Below, in pieces: positions 17,647-28,276 of a DNA stretch of 64,000 bases (positions within the stretch are counted from its first letter, which is position 1; every line of letters starts with the position of its first letter). The DNA comes from Candidatus Sericytochromatia bacterium (GTDB lineage: Bacteria; Cyanobacteriota; Sericytochromatia; UBA7694). The stretch is from contig CAXRDE010000016.1 of assembly GCA_964229355.1 (NCBI GenBank), positions 83,732-147,731 of the forward strand, in the 5' to 3' direction. Both the position numbers and the translations under genes were made by a program. A model generated the notes under the pieces. It saw only the letters and a list, made by a program, of their open reading frames with translations. It did no database searches and was not told the origin of the DNA.

Positions 17647-19305
17647 TTAGGTATACAGTGCCTCAAGGGGTTCGGCATACCGGCTGTAAATCGCTTTTCT
17701 TCGGGGTTTGAGTGAAGAGGTGAGTAAATCCGCTTCAATGGTCAGAACCTGTGGGTTGATCCAAACTTTCTTGAGGGTCTCAAAAGAGGCCAGTTCCTGG
17801 TTGACGTGCTGAACTTGCGCATCGATCAGGGTTTTAACGGCTTCACTTTGTGCCAGTTCTTCCCAGGGGCTTTCATGATCGTTAAAATGTTTGCGAATGG
17901 CATCTTCTTCGAGAGTTACCATGGCGGTGAGGTATTTTTTACCGTCGCCATACACAATCAGATGTTGAATATACGGGTTATCTTGAAAACGGCGTTCAAT
18001 ATTTTGGGGGGGAATATTTTTGCCCCCGCTGGTCACCAAAATTTCTTTTTTGCGGTCAATAATCTGTAAAAAACCGTCTTCGGTCCAACGACCCACATCG
18101 CCGGTTTTAAACCATCCTTCTGCATCGAAGGTGTCGCGGGTGGCTTCTTCATTTTTGTAATAGCCCACAAAGACATTGGGGCCCTTGGCCAAAATTTCGC
18201 CATCTTCGGCGAGCTTAACACTTACGCTGGGGTAAGGGACGCCCACAGAGTCAAAATTAAAGCGTTCGTAACGGTTCATGGTCAGTGTGGGTGAGCACTC
18301 CGTTAAACCATAACCTTCAATGAGCAGCAACCCCAGCGCGTAAAAACCTTCTTTAATTTCTTTCTTGAGCCCTGCACCGCCAGAGAGTCCAAAGCACAAA
18401 CGCCCTCCCGTGACCGCTTTGAAGGCGGCGGCGTCACCCCCCTGCTCCTGAATCTTGAGATATAGCTTTTCCCAATAGGCGGGCACCGATAAAAAGGTGT
18501 GGGGTTTGACGCTGTCGAATTTATCCATGACATCTTTGGGGTTTGCAAAATATGATTGCCAGCCCAATTGATTGCCCAGCATAACCGCACCAATGCCAAA
18601 AGCGTGAGACAGGGGCAGCCAGTGTAAATCTACCGCTTGTTCGGGGATATGGGGTCCGTTGAGTTGAATCCAGTCTTTAGAACTGGCCGCTAAGTTGGCG
18701 TGGCTGAGCATAACGCCTTTGGGAAGTCCTGTGGTGCCAGAGGTGTAAATAATCGTTGCCAAATCACTGCTTTCGGCTTCTGCCAGACGCTGCATGGCCG
18801 TATCACCATGCTGACCCTGGTTCATTGCCTCTGCATAAGCCACCAGAGGCCGAGGGAAATCTGTGGGTAGGATGCTAACGTCCTGGGCATCAAGCACAAT
18901 AATTTGTTGGACCTGTGCCAGATCCAGGGGCCGCAAGGTCTCCAAAAATGCCAGATCGCAGCAGAGCACGGTGGATTCAGAATGGCTTAGAAAGTAGCTG
19001 ATCAACTCCCCTTTGCTGGCAGGATAAATGGGGACCACTACGCCACGCACCGTTTGAATAGCAGAATAGGCGACAATCCAGGCGTAACTGGTTTGCCCCA
19101 GCATGGCGACTTTGTCACCGCTGTCGACCTTTGCGGTCAGAAAGTTGGCAAAGGATTGGGTGTCCTGGGCATAATTCTTCCAGTAAACGGTTTCGTAATT
19201 TTCGTCTTTTTGCGGTAAGAAAAAGCGGGGCAATTCGCTCCATTTTTTTGCCGCAGCAAAAAGATCTAAGGACTGATGTTCACGGGTTACAGCTTTCTGA
19301 GTCAT
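17647..19305 (-). CDS. Long-chain fatty-acid--CoA ligase (AMP-forming)
   Basis: AMP-binding motif IIYTSGTTGLPKGVMLSH. GYGLTE and TGDVGRW motifs present. ATG at 19305 preferred over the TTG at 19317. The stop abuts the next gene's start. Confidence 0.85.
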   Translation of the reverse strand: MTQKAVTREHQSLDLFAAAKKWSELPRFFLPQKDENYETVYWKNYAQDTQSFANFLTAKVDSGDKVAMLGQTSYAWIVAYSAIQTVRGVVVPIYPASKGELISYFLSHSESTVLCCDLAFLETLRPLDLAQVQQIIVLDAQDVSILPTDFPRPLVAYAEAMNQGQHGDTAMQRLAEAESSDLATIIYTSGTTGLPKGVMLSHANLAASSKDWIQLNGPHIPEQAVDLHWLPLSHAFGIGAVMLGNQLGWQSYFANPKDVMDKFDSVKPHTFLSVPAYWEKLYLKIQEQGGDAAAFKAVTGGRLCFGLSGGAGLKKEIKEGFYALGLLLIEGYGLTECSPTLTMNRYERFNFDSVGVPYPSVSVKLAEDGEILAKGPNVFVGYYKNEEATRDTFDAEGWFKTGDVGRWTEDGFLQIIDRKKEILVTSGGKNIPPQNIERRFQDNPYIQHLIVYGDGKKYLTAMVTLEEDAIRKHFNDHESPWEELAQSEAVKTLIDAQVQHVNQELASFETLKKVWINPQVLTIEADLLTSSLKPRRKAIYSRYAEPLEALYT

Positions 19306-19342
19306 GGCACACCTCAATCACAACAAATTTTGAAAGGTGGGT

Positions 19343-20653
19343 TTAGCGGCTCAGCTGTTGATCAATCCACGAAAGGGCTTCTGGCTCCGCCACCAATCCC
19401 AGGTGATGTAAGTCTAACACTTTACTGTCCAATAGGCGAGCCCCGCCTGCGGTAACATCTTGTACTGCACTGGCGCTTTTTACAAAGACAATGCCGTCGC
19501 TGGGTCCAGCACTTTCGTTTAAGACACCTTCCATATTGGCGCGTTTACCTGCCAGCAAGGCTACCTGAATATTGGCGTCAACGGGGGACTTTTTGAGTTG
19601 TCCCACAATATCACCGCCCGCTTGAATGACTTTGTCAATGCCAGGACTGTGGCTCACAAAGCCCTGTCCGCCGTTGTAGGTGGTATACCAGTCGGGGTTT
19701 GTGGGATTCAGGGGATATTCTTGATCCCAGCGGGCGATCATTTGGGATTGTCCTTTAAAATAAGGGCCCATAAAGCTCTCTTCCTGGGTGGTTTTCCAAC
19801 TGCCCAGAATCAGGGCCTTGTCCCAGGCCACAGGAGCGTATTTGACAGGATCGTTGCCCGCGGGCAAGAGAGCCCAGTGCACCACGGAGTTGCGGAAAGT
19901 ATAATCAATACCGCGGTGAGGCGTGCCCACAAAAATGGCTTTACGCAAATGCTTTTGATAAGGCTGTTGCATGCCGGGCCCCATAATATTTGAGGTGTAC
20001 ATGCGTAAGGCAAACCCCCCTTTGCTGTGGGCGACGGCATCTACCTGCTCAGCCCCGGTAATTTGCCGTACCCGCGCCACGGCGTTGTGAATCTGGTTGA
20101 CCCACACAAAGTTATCGTCATGTTTATCGGCAAAGGAGACCGCAAAAACATGGTAGCCCTGGGCTTTGAGATATTGCATTAAGCCTGTTTTTTGGCGGGT
20201 AAAAGGCGGAGCGGCCCAGTTGCTGGTGGCATTCATATTCGCGCCGTGAATGAGCAAGACAGGGGTGTTGTGGCGCAGTTGCTCGGGAGCACCTGCATCG
20301 TGTAAGCACACATCGGTAGAAGGGGGACGATCTTGACCAAAACAGGTGACCACGTCAGGGGCCTGTTGACGGCCCCGCTCGGGCATGCGGGTGGTGGGCA
20401 ACCCGGGGGTGCGTAAGAGTTCCATACGAGGCCAGGTTTTGCCCTGGGTGGTGTTCACCACGGTGAATTGTTCAAAGCCGGTGCGTGCGCTCTGGCTGCT
20501 GGCCGCATCGTTCAGGTTCTGAAAGCGGGCTGCTTGTGCTTGTAAGGGGGTGAAGGGGATATTTTGTGCATTGCGGGGGGCCTGGCAACTGGTAAGTAAG
20601 GCACTGCCCGCAAGGGCCATGGCAAGCAAAGAAAAAGAATGAGTGCGTGACAT
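19343..20653 (-). CDS. Lipoprotein alpha/beta-hydrolase (lipase/esterase-like)
   Basis: Lipobox LLTSC after the signal peptide. Nucleophile elbow AHSKGG (A-H-S-x-G type). Confidence 0.65.
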   Translation of the reverse strand: MSRTHSFSLLAMALAGSALLTSCQAPRNAQNIPFTPLQAQAARFQNLNDAASSQSARTGFEQFTVVNTTQGKTWPRMELLRTPGLPTTRMPERGRQQAPDVVTCFGQDRPPSTDVCLHDAGAPEQLRHNTPVLLIHGANMNATSNWAAPPFTRQKTGLMQYLKAQGYHVFAVSFADKHDDNFVWVNQIHNAVARVRQITGAEQVDAVAHSKGGFALRMYTSNIMGPGMQQPYQKHLRKAIFVGTPHRGIDYTFRNSVVHWALLPAGNDPVKYAPVAWDKALILGSWKTTQEESFMGPYFKGQSQMIARWDQEYPLNPTNPDWYTTYNGGQGFVSHSPGIDKVIQAGGDIVGQLKKSPVDANIQVALLAGKRANMEGVLNESAGPSDGIVFVKSASAVQDVTAGGARLLDSKVLDLHHLGLVAEPEALSWIDQQLSR

Positions 20654-20830
20654 AAAAATGAAGATCCCTCTACGTTATTTCTATCAGTATAAAATTAAAT
20701 GCGCAAAAACACCAGCAATTTTTTGTTTTCTTAAAGGTTTTTTGGTATTTACTTAACCTTTTGTAAGTTCGTTGTAAGCCATTTTTTTTAAGCTAGGTAT
20801 AATAGTGAAGAGAATACAAGGGAGCGTTAT

Positions 20831-22072
20831 ATGCAAAACTCAACGGCTTCAGCCAACGCCACTTCCGTGGCGGGCCCCAGCTTTTTTGAACAGTATAAAA
20901 AATGGTTGATCGGTTCGATTTTATTTGGAATGTATGCCAGTTTTGGCATGAGTTGGATGGGGGTCGTACCCATTTTGCAAGAGTTGCAGGTGGCTTTTCA
21001 GTTTGATAAGGCCGCCGGATCCTGGTTGGTGTCTATTGTTTCAATGGCCAAAAGTATTTTCCCGATTTTAGCGGGTATTTTGGCCAGCCGCTGGGGCTTA
21101 ACCCGCAGTATGCGACTGGGAGCCGTGTTGATTGTGCTGGGAGTAATCGTACCCTTTTTGCCGTCTTTTAGTGCCTGGGTGGTCATGCGCTTTTTGTTTG
21201 GGGTCGGGGGAGCCATTTGGGTCACGCTGATGGGAGCGGTCACTTTGCAGGTGTTTGAGCCGCAACAGCGTCCCATGATTAATGCGCTAAATGGCGTGGC
21301 GGTCACCGTGGGTGTGGTACTGGCACTCCAACTAACCCTGCCTCTGACCGCATGGATAGGCTGGCAATTTACCCTTGCTTTGTATTCTGGCGTGAGCGCT
21401 ATTTTTATGGGGCTACTTTTTGCCGTTGGCCCACTTCCTGGCCAACAACCTGCCAAAAATGGCCCCAGTTTGTTGCAAACCTTAATGGCTTATGGAGCCA
21501 CCATGAAATTACCGGTCACCTGGATTATTTCATTGTCTTTTACCGGCCCACTGGCTCTTTATCTGGTGATGAACTATTGGTTGCCGGTGTACTACCAGGA
21601 GGTCATGCGACTGGAAAAGGTACAAACTATGCAATTGATGACCTGGATGAACATGGGCGGTATCGTGGGTTCTGTGGTCACAGGCTACTTGCTACAAAAG
21701 TTCAATAAAACAAAAGGCTTTATTGCCCTGTCGGCAGTGGTTTTGCCCGTAAGTGCCGGTGTTGCGATGTTGATCACGAACCCAGCCATCTTGCCCTTTA
21801 TTCTTTTTCTGGCGGGTGTGGGTATGTTTTTGAGTGTTTCACCTCTGATTACCCTCTTGCAGTCTCAGCCCGGCATGGATCCCGGAAAAGTGGGGATGAT
21901 TTTAGGCACGATGTTCAGCGTGACCTACATTGTGTCATCTTTGGCCCCTGATATCGTGGGTCGGATTTATGCGGCCAAAACAATGCCTTTGCAATGGGTG
22001 CTGCTGGCTTTCTGCTTAACCACGATATCGCCTGCCCTGGCGCTTTTGCTGCCTGAAAAAGCAGAGGCCTGA
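20831..22072 (+). CDS. MFS transporter
   Basis: About 12 predicted TM segments, 413 aa, MFS-like loops (ASRWGLTRSMRLG). SD AAGGGAG upstream. Confidence 0.7.
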   Translation: MQNSTASANATSVAGPSFFEQYKKWLIGSILFGMYASFGMSWMGVVPILQELQVAFQFDKAAGSWLVSIVSMAKSIFPILAGILASRWGLTRSMRLGAVLIVLGVIVPFLPSFSAWVVMRFLFGVGGAIWVTLMGAVTLQVFEPQQRPMINALNGVAVTVGVVLALQLTLPLTAWIGWQFTLALYSGVSAIFMGLLFAVGPLPGQQPAKNGPSLLQTLMAYGATMKLPVTWIISLSFTGPLALYLVMNYWLPVYYQEVMRLEKVQTMQLMTWMNMGGIVGSVVTGYLLQKFNKTKGFIALSAVVLPVSAGVAMLITNPAILPFILFLAGVGMFLSVSPLITLLQSQPGMDPGKVGMILGTMFSVTYIVSSLAPDIVGRIYAAKTMPLQWVLLAFCLTTISPALALLLPEKAEA

Positions 22073-22085
22073 TTTCAAAATAGGG

Positions 22086-22406
22086 TTAAGCCTTACGTTT
22101 CGAGCCCCCCATGCAGGGGGGCGATTTGGGCACTTGCCCTTCGCGGGCATCCCATTCACTGGGGGTGTAGAGTTTCAGTGACAGGGCGTGTACGCCCTGC
22201 TGGAGTTCGCTGGCCAGGAGTTCATTCACGGTGCGATGCCGTTGCACACGGTTTTGGTTGGCAAATCCACTGCTGACGATCACCAGCTTAAAATGGGTTT
22301 CTGAGCCCGGCGCCACGCTGTGTCGATTGCTTTCGTTGGTGACCTCCAGCACCTCTGGTGACAGGGCCTGGGTAATTTTTGTTTCAATCTGTGTCGCGAC
22401 GCTCAT
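22086..22406 (-). CDS. BolA family protein
   Basis: BolA-like LEVTNESNRHSVAPGSETHFKLVIVSSGF...RHRTVNELL. The ATG at 22406 overlaps the ybeY stop (ATGA). The track start at 22427 is an upstream GTG. Confidence 0.75.
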   Translation of the reverse strand: MSVATQIETKITQALSPEVLEVTNESNRHSVAPGSETHFKLVIVSSGFANQNRVQRHRTVNELLASELQQGVHALSLKLYTPSEWDAREGQVPKSPPCMGGSKRKA

Positions 22407-22858
22407 ACAAGTTCCTTTCCGAAACACTCGTGATAGTAATGTTGCAGCAGTCGATCCTGAAGACTAAACATGCGCTGTTCTTCTTCGGGTTCTGCATGAT
22501 CATAACCTAAGAGATGCAAAAAGCCGTGGGCCACCAGTAAGGCCAGTTCCTGTTCCAGATCGTGTCCTTTTTCTTCAGCCTGTACCTTGGCTTTTTCTAC
22601 AGAGACAATAATATCTCCTAAAATATTGTTCTCCATATCTTGTGGAAAGGACAATACATCGGTGGGGCGATCGATTTCGCGGTACTGAGAGTTTAGATTT
22701 TTGATGGTGTTATCGTCAGTGAAGGTGAGACAGACTTCGGCTTCTTCTTCGCAGTGCATTTCTTGACCGATGCTTTCTAAGAAGCCCACCCAGCGGTGGT
22801 TGTCGGGCAAATAGGTGTCATTGTGAGGATCTAGTTCGAGGTGAATGGCAATTTCCAT
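22403..22858 (-). CDS. ybeY: rRNA maturation endoribonuclease YbeY
   Basis: Signature HGFLHLLGYDH. ATG at 22858 (MEIAIHLELD...) gives the typical ~151 aa, with SD AAGGAA. The longer track ORF would overlap the upstream gene. Confidence 0.85.
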   Translation of the reverse strand: MEIAIHLELDPHNDTYLPDNHRWVGFLESIGQEMHCEEEAEVCLTFTDDNTIKNLNSQYREIDRPTDVLSFPQDMENNILGDIIVSVEKAKVQAEEKGHDLEQELALLVAHGFLHLLGYDHAEPEEEQRMFSLQDRLLQHYYHECFGKELV

Positions 22859-22899
22859 AAAGGTTCCTTTTGTTTTCGTTTCAGGGGGGGTAACAGTGT

Positions 22900-23676
22900 T
22901 CAGGGGCGCTGAAAGTGGGTGAGTACGCCCGTGGACTGAAACTTGGCCCAATGATCGGTATAGAAGGTAATTTCTTCATACATTTTAACCATACCCACCT
23001 CTGGTGCGTACCAATAACGCAAAAAATCTTCGTGTCCGTTGTCATAGCGCAAGTGGTGTTCAATGCACAGGGTTTCAAAATTTCCTGCTGGGGTATTGAG
23101 GTTTTCAAAACCTTTGACAGAAAGGGTTTCTGTGCCCCCTTGAAAGCTGCGGCCTGGCCACTGCTGTCCAGGGGTTAAGGGGGCTTGTAAGGCGGTAATA
23201 AACCCGGTGCTTTGGGGCTTGAATAGGGCGGTGTTCATTGCCGCCTCAGGAAAAGGCAAGGCCCTGAAACTGCTGACATTTAAAGCCTCAGCTCCCTCTT
23301 GATAATGACTCAGTAATACCCGATCCGCAAAGCGACGAGCCAGTCCGGGGCGGGGTTGGGTCGAGACGTCAGGATAACGGCGGCGCAGAATCACGCTGCT
23401 GAGGGGTGTGTTGCTGCGAGACGATTCAGGCAGTGCCTCCTGGGTAATGTGCATGGTGTGAAAACGGGTATTGTCCTGTCCGTCTTGCGACTGGGTTAAG
23501 GCATAGTGCCATTGCAGGCCGGGTGTGGTGGGATAATAACGCGCAATGGCCGTTTGACTGAGACGATTGATACGGGCCGCGCTGGGGGTTAAACCGGAGG
23601 TGTTATGGACAGGCTGACAGGCCAGCAAGCCGAACGAAATCGCAGCCAGTAAACCTTTGGTTGTCTTAAGAACCAT
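22900..23676 (-). CDS. Lipoprotein of unknown function
   Basis: Lipobox FGLLAC. ATG at 23676 with AAAGGA 7 nt upstream (the track start at 23682 is TTG). Confidence 0.6.
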   Translation of the reverse strand: MVLKTTKGLLAAISFGLLACQPVHNTSGLTPSAARINRLSQTAIARYYPTTPGLQWHYALTQSQDGQDNTRFHTMHITQEALPESSRSNTPLSSVILRRRYPDVSTQPRPGLARRFADRVLLSHYQEGAEALNVSSFRALPFPEAAMNTALFKPQSTGFITALQAPLTPGQQWPGRSFQGGTETLSVKGFENLNTPAGNFETLCIEHHLRYDNGHEDFLRYWYAPEVGMVKMYEEITFYTDHWAKFQSTGVLTHFQRP

Positions 23677-24514
23677 GGGCAAATCCTTTCATGCCCACGT
23701 GTAGGCTTCCCTGGCTTTGCCTGGCACAGGCGTTTTGGCCAAAAATAACCTTTTGATGACGCAGGTGTGTCTTTGCGAGGGTCTTTAAAATCTCTGAACG
23801 GCGCACGCCTGTGTGTGGGTCTGTATTCACGATAACACAGCGTTCACAGGCTTTGACAATATCCCATTGAAAGTCCGGTGTGTTTGTGCCTTTCAGAGTT
23901 AAGCTCTGCCAACCGTCTTCGGCATAGGCAGAGGCCTCACTGGTCAGAATCAGATTTGGACGAAAGCGTTCCAGGGTGACGGGCGCTAGCCCCTGGGTCT
24001 GTAAATGGGTGTTCAGATCCTCCAAAGATGCCTGGTGGGCCAGCAAGTAAGGGTAGCCATCGGCGAAGCTGACCTGTTTGCCCGGTGCAAACAGGGGATT
24101 GGTTTCGCGCTGCTGGCTGTCGGGCATAAACACCAATTCACAGGGCACCTGGAGTTGACTTGAAAACCAATCGTTGATAGCCGAAGGATAGCACCAGGCC
24201 TCGCCCTGATAGCGCCAGACCCGAATCACTTTTTGAGTGGGGGCAACGTTTAAGAAAGGAACCCGGCAGATGCTGTCGTGAAAGCGGCACAAAAGTCCCT
24301 CAGATTGCAGTTCCACCTGAAGCTTTGCCATGTGGGGCAATTCCCGTTGGGTGAGAAAGTTGCCTTCGGGTGAGACCAACATCCAGCGTCGATCGTGGGC
24401 CAACCCACGATCTGTGAGTTCTGCTTCAGAGACCGAGATGCCCCGGGCAGATTTAAGGGGGTAAATCCAGATGGCTGAGAGGGTGACCGGGACTTTAGAC
24501 AGGCTGTTGCGCAT
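23666..24514 (-). CDS. MOSC domain protein (YcbX-like)
   Basis: N-terminal beta-barrel IWIYPLKSARG. C-terminal MOSC-type ...CERCVIVNTDPHTG with conserved Cys. Confidence 0.75.
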   Translation of the reverse strand: MRNSLSKVPVTLSAIWIYPLKSARGISVSEAELTDRGLAHDRRWMLVSPEGNFLTQRELPHMAKLQVELQSEGLLCRFHDSICRVPFLNVAPTQKVIRVWRYQGEAWCYPSAINDWFSSQLQVPCELVFMPDSQQRETNPLFAPGKQVSFADGYPYLLAHQASLEDLNTHLQTQGLAPVTLERFRPNLILTSEASAYAEDGWQSLTLKGTNTPDFQWDIVKACERCVIVNTDPHTGVRRSEILKTLAKTHLRHQKVIFGQNACARQSQGSLHVGMKGFAHGS

Positions 24515-25205
24515 AGATCACGTGGGCCGGTTTAAACAGGACCCAGGAGGTTAAGATATATTTGTCATTGGAGCTGGGGACATGTCCCTTGTGGGTATGG
24601 GTGAAACCACTGGGGGCAAAAACCAGTTGTCCCTTGCGGGGGGAAAGCTTGCGCTGTTGGTAATAAAACTCGGTTTCGCCGCCTTCACGCACATCATTCA
24701 GATAATACATAAACAGAAGGACCCGGTGCAGACTTTTTTGTTCTGGATCATGGGCCGATGGATAGTTTTCCGAGTGAAAGTGATGGTAGCCGCCCACCTT
24801 GCGCTCGTACTTTTGCAAATTGACGGTGCCCAGCGTATAAATTTGCTGTACCAATTGCAAAACCGTTGGGTCATCAAGCATGTTTAGAACTTCGGGGGTA
24901 ATGGGCATTTGGGCCCCTGTTTGGGGATCCGGAATGAACATGGTGACAGCCCCGGTGAGCAAATGGGGAAACTCACGCACGTATTTCACCAAATAACGGT
25001 AGGTGATGGCTTCGATCTCTGCATTTTCACTTCGCCAGTCAGCGAAGCTATTGAGCGTAATATCGAGGCTGTTCTTGGCCTGAGTATTGATGCCATGGCC
25101 TGTCATGCCGGGTTTTTTTTCACGGCTGCGCTCAAATTTTTTGATCCAGTTTTTACACTGCTCGGCGCTGAGCACGTCGTTATAAGTGGCAATAAAATCT
25201 TTCAT
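24495..25205 (-). CDS. 2OG-Fe(II) oxygenase superfamily protein
   Basis: GGYHHFHSE (HxE/D-type iron site) plus distal FTHTHKGH. Size and layout match small prolyl-hydroxylase-like oxygenases. Confidence 0.55.
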   Translation of the reverse strand: MKDFIATYNDVLSAEQCKNWIKKFERSREKKPGMTGHGINTQAKNSLDITLNSFADWRSENAEIEAITYRYLVKYVREFPHLLTGAVTMFIPDPQTGAQMPITPEVLNMLDDPTVLQLVQQIYTLGTVNLQKYERKVGGYHHFHSENYPSAHDPEQKSLHRVLLFMYYLNDVREGGETEFYYQQRKLSPRKGQLVFAPSGFTHTHKGHVPSSNDKYILTSWVLFKPAHVIYAQQPV

Positions 25206-25267
25206 ACTAAAGCCTCTTTTTGGGGTTCATCATACCATGAAGACTTTTTGACAATGTGAAATTGCGC

Positions 25268-25296
25268 TTGAGCAAGCGACATAAATGTGCTATAGT
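25268..25296 (+). promoter_or_regulatory. Possible sigma70-type promoter for the CorC/CNNM gene
   Basis: TTGAGC, 17 nt spacer, TATAGT, about 40 nt upstream of the TTG start at 25338. Confidence 0.3.
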
Positions 25297-25337
25297 CAGG
25301 GCATCCATTTTGAAAATTCAGGAGAAAACGTCTTAAT

Positions 25338-26663
25338 TTGGACCCCGACAGTAGTGGCCAATTTGGCTCCGTAATTACCGTTCTTGTTGTCTCTTTAGCG
25401 TTCTCTGGCCTGATCTCAGCCTATGAGGCTTCCCTCACGGATTTATCGAGCATGCGTCTTGAAAAACGTGCTGAAGAGGGAGACCAAAGGTCTGCCTATC
25501 TGCTAAAACTCATTCAAAACCCCCATCACACTTTGCTCACGCTTATGGTCTCTGATTGGCTTGCTGACGTCACGGTGATGGTGTTGAGTGCGTATCTCAT
25601 TTTTCACGCCCTGGGGGCCTGGAGCTGGTGGCATGTGGCTGCTGCCATTTTCGTTTTAACCCCCACACTCTTGATTTTGGGCGAAATCATTCCTAAAAAT
25701 ATTGCCTCGCGTTACGGTGAGCGCTTTGCCTATGCCTGGTTGCCTTTGCTAAAGCTTTTGCTGTTGGTGTTTAGCGTGCCTGTTAAGGTGTTGAGTTTAA
25801 TTACCCGTCCGCTGTTAGAGAGTGTCGGGGCACAACTGGGGCAACTCCTGCCCGAGTTTACCGAAGACGAAATTTTACATATGGTGAGCATGGGCGGCAA
25901 TACCGGGCTTTTAGAAAAAGATGAAACCGAATTGGTGCAACACGCGCTCAATTTTGACGATACCCCCGCCAGTGCTGTTCTGACACCACGGGTGGATATG
26001 ACTTGCTTAGAAGATACCACCACCCTTGAAGAAGCGCTCACGTTAATGGCTGACCCTGAAGGGTATTCACGTCTTCCGGTCTACCGAGATAACTTTGATA
26101 ATATCCTCGGGATTGTCTACATTAAAGATTTGCTTTCGGTGTACCAAAAGCATCCTGAACAGCGCCAAAACCCTGTGATTGATTATGTGCGTAAAGCCCA
26201 TCATATTCACGAGTACCAGCCCATTAATGAGGTGCTTAAAGAAATGCAAGCCCTGCGCACACCCATGTTCATTGTTACCGATGAATACGGGGGGACTGTG
26301 GGGCTGATTACCATGGAAGATTTACTGGAAGAGATTGTAGGGGAGTTACATGATGAGTTTGATCATGATGAAGAAGCCCCCATTGAAAAAGTAGACATGT
26401 ATACCCTGCGCGTGGATGCGAAGGTGAGTGTGACTGAAATTAATAATCTCCTGGATCTGGATTTGCCCAACAGTCAATCGGTGGGCGGTCTTGTCTTTAG
26501 TACGCTGGGTGAAGCACCCGGTCCCGGAGAAGTGATTCACATTCAGAATGTACGCCTGGAAGTGGAAGCCGTGGACGGCATTCGTATTTTACGGGTGCTG
26601 GTGCATAAATTGACCCCTGAAGAAATCGAAACCCAGGCAGAAGCAGAAACCTCCTCCACCTAA
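25338..26663 (+). CDS. CNNM/CorC/HlyC-family transporter (DUF21, CBS pair, CorC_HlyC)
   Basis: N-terminal TM block, CBS region (VLTPRVDM...LPVY...[11 protein letters not shown]) and C-terminal transporter-associated domain. TTG start with AGGAGA upstream. Confidence 0.8.
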   Translation: MDPDSSGQFGSVITVLVVSLAFSGLISAYEASLTDLSSMRLEKRAEEGDQRSAYLLKLIQNPHHTLLTLMVSDWLADVTVMVLSAYLIFHALGAWSWWHVAAAIFVLTPTLLILGEIIPKNIASRYGERFAYAWLPLLKLLLLVFSVPVKVLSLITRPLLESVGAQLGQLLPEFTEDEILHMVSMGGNTGLLEKDETELVQHALNFDDTPASAVLTPRVDMTCLEDTTTLEEALTLMADPEGYSRLPVYRDNFDNILGIVYIKDLLSVYQKHPEQRQNPVIDYVRKAHHIHEYQPINEVLKEMQALRTPMFIVTDEYGGTVGLITMEDLLEEIVGELHDEFDHDEEAPIEKVDMYTLRVDAKVSVTEINNLLDLDLPNSQSVGGLVFSTLGEAPGPGEVIHIQNVRLEVEAVDGIRILRVLVHKLTPEEIETQAEAETSST

Positions 26664-26684
26664 AGTCAGTCCTCATGCTAAGAT

Positions 26685-28181
26685 ATGAAAAAAACCATGA
26701 GGAATAGTATGCAAAGTCGATTCAAACGTTCTCTAGTCTTGCCGTTGACAGTGGCCCTCAGTTTTGCCTCAGGTATGGCCTTGACCGAATGGCGTCACCC
26801 CCAGGCTGTGCAGGCCCAAAATAGCTCGGTCAAAACCCTCAGTCAACTCAACGATGACTTTATTGAAATTTCTGAGCGGGTAACCCCTGCGGTGGTGAGT
26901 ATTGCCATGACCAAACGGGTGAGCCGCCAGCAGCCTCAGCGCCTGGATCCTCAAAATATGCCCGATGAATTTTTTGACTTTTTTGGCGTTCCCAATCCTC
27001 AGGGGCAAGGTCAGCCCGATAGCCGTCAACAGGGTGTGGGCTCTGGTGTTATTGTGGATGCCGAAAAGGGGTATGTGCTGACCAATAACCATGTGGTGGA
27101 AGATGCCGATGAAATCAAGGTGACCTTGACGGATCGGCGGGTCTTTAAAGCCAAGGTATTGGGTACAGATCCCCGCTCCGATTTGGCGGTGATTCAACTG
27201 TTAAATGCCAAAAACCTGAAGCAAGCCACTATTGGAGACTCTACCTCTTTAGACGTGGGAGAATGGGTTCTGGCCATTGGAAACCCTTTTGGCCTGGACT
27301 CTACCGTAACGGCGGGTATTATTTCGGCAAAGGGTCGTGCCAATGTGGGCGTGGCTGATTTTGAAGATTTTATTCAAACGGATGCTGCTATCAATCCTGG
27401 TAACAGTGGGGGAGCCCTTGTAAATATTAAGGGTGAGCTGATTGGTATTAACACCGCCATTGCGACCCGCTCTCGCGGGTATATGGGCATTGGCTTTGCG
27501 ATTCCCAGCAATATGGCCCGTCAGGTGATGGATTCGCTGATTGCCAAGGGCAAAGTGAGTCGTTCCCAACTGGGGGTTTACATTCAGGAGCTCGATGCTT
27601 CAATGGCCCAAAGCCTGAAGCTTGAGAGCTCCAACGCGGGCATACTGGTATCAGGCATTGTACCGGGCTCCCCGGCGGAAAAAGCGGGTGTTAAAAAATA
27701 TGATGTGATTACCGCTCTAAATGGTAAGCGTGTGACGGACGCCAATCAGTTCCGCAATCAAATTGCCCTGAGTGTACCGGGTTCACAGGCCAACTTGACC
27801 CTGATGCGTAACGGCAAGCAAATTGAGTTGAAGCCCACCCTGACGGAAGCCGAAAGTGCCGCCACAAACGCTCAAAATATGCCTGCGGATTCTATCCAGC
27901 AGGATGACCTGGCGGTTCAAGATTTGACGCCTACTTTGCGTCAGCGCTATCAGGTGTTGCCCGATACCCAGGGCGTGATTGTGGCTGAAGTCAATCCCAA
28001 TGGTATCGCTTCTGAGAAAGGCATACGCCGTGGGGATGTGATTACCGAAATCAATCGCCAGCCCGTGCGTTCCGCAGCCGCCTTCCAGAATGCTTATAAG
28101 CAAATCCCCAAAGGTGAGGTGGTGCTGTTGGCCTTACGTCGAGGCAGCGGTTCGCTGGTGGTGGCTTACGAAAAACCCTAG
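26685..28181 (+). CDS. htrA: Periplasmic serine endoprotease DegP/HtrA with two PDZ domains
   Basis: Signal/anchor segment. Catalytic TNNHVV, D in DLAVIQL, and GNSGGAL. Two PDZ-like segments. Confidence 0.9.
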   Translation: MKKTMRNSMQSRFKRSLVLPLTVALSFASGMALTEWRHPQAVQAQNSSVKTLSQLNDDFIEISERVTPAVVSIAMTKRVSRQQPQRLDPQNMPDEFFDFFGVPNPQGQGQPDSRQQGVGSGVIVDAEKGYVLTNNHVVEDADEIKVTLTDRRVFKAKVLGTDPRSDLAVIQLLNAKNLKQATIGDSTSLDVGEWVLAIGNPFGLDSTVTAGIISAKGRANVGVADFEDFIQTDAAINPGNSGGALVNIKGELIGINTAIATRSRGYMGIGFAIPSNMARQVMDSLIAKGKVSRSQLGVYIQELDASMAQSLKLESSNAGILVSGIVPGSPAEKAGVKKYDVITALNGKRVTDANQFRNQIALSVPGSQANLTLMRNGKQIELKPTLTEAESAATNAQNMPADSIQQDDLAVQDLTPTLRQRYQVLPDTQGVIVAEVNPNGIASEKGIRRGDVITEINRQPVRSAAAFQNAYKQIPKGEVVLLALRRGSGSLVVAYEKP

Positions 28182-28196
28182 CCTATTCATTCAAAG

Positions 28197-28230
28197 AAAA
28201 AGGAACTGTGAAAACAGTTCCTTTTTCTTT
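28197..28230. terminator. Bidirectional Rho-independent terminator shared by htrA (+) and mglA (-)
   Basis: AAAAAGGAACTG tgaaaa CAGTTCCTTTTTCTTT: a stem flanked by an A-run and a T-run between convergent genes. Confidence 0.75.
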
Positions 28231-28276
28231 GAAGTGTCTTGCGCTGATTTCTGGTGAGAAAGCGCGGGGGCCGATT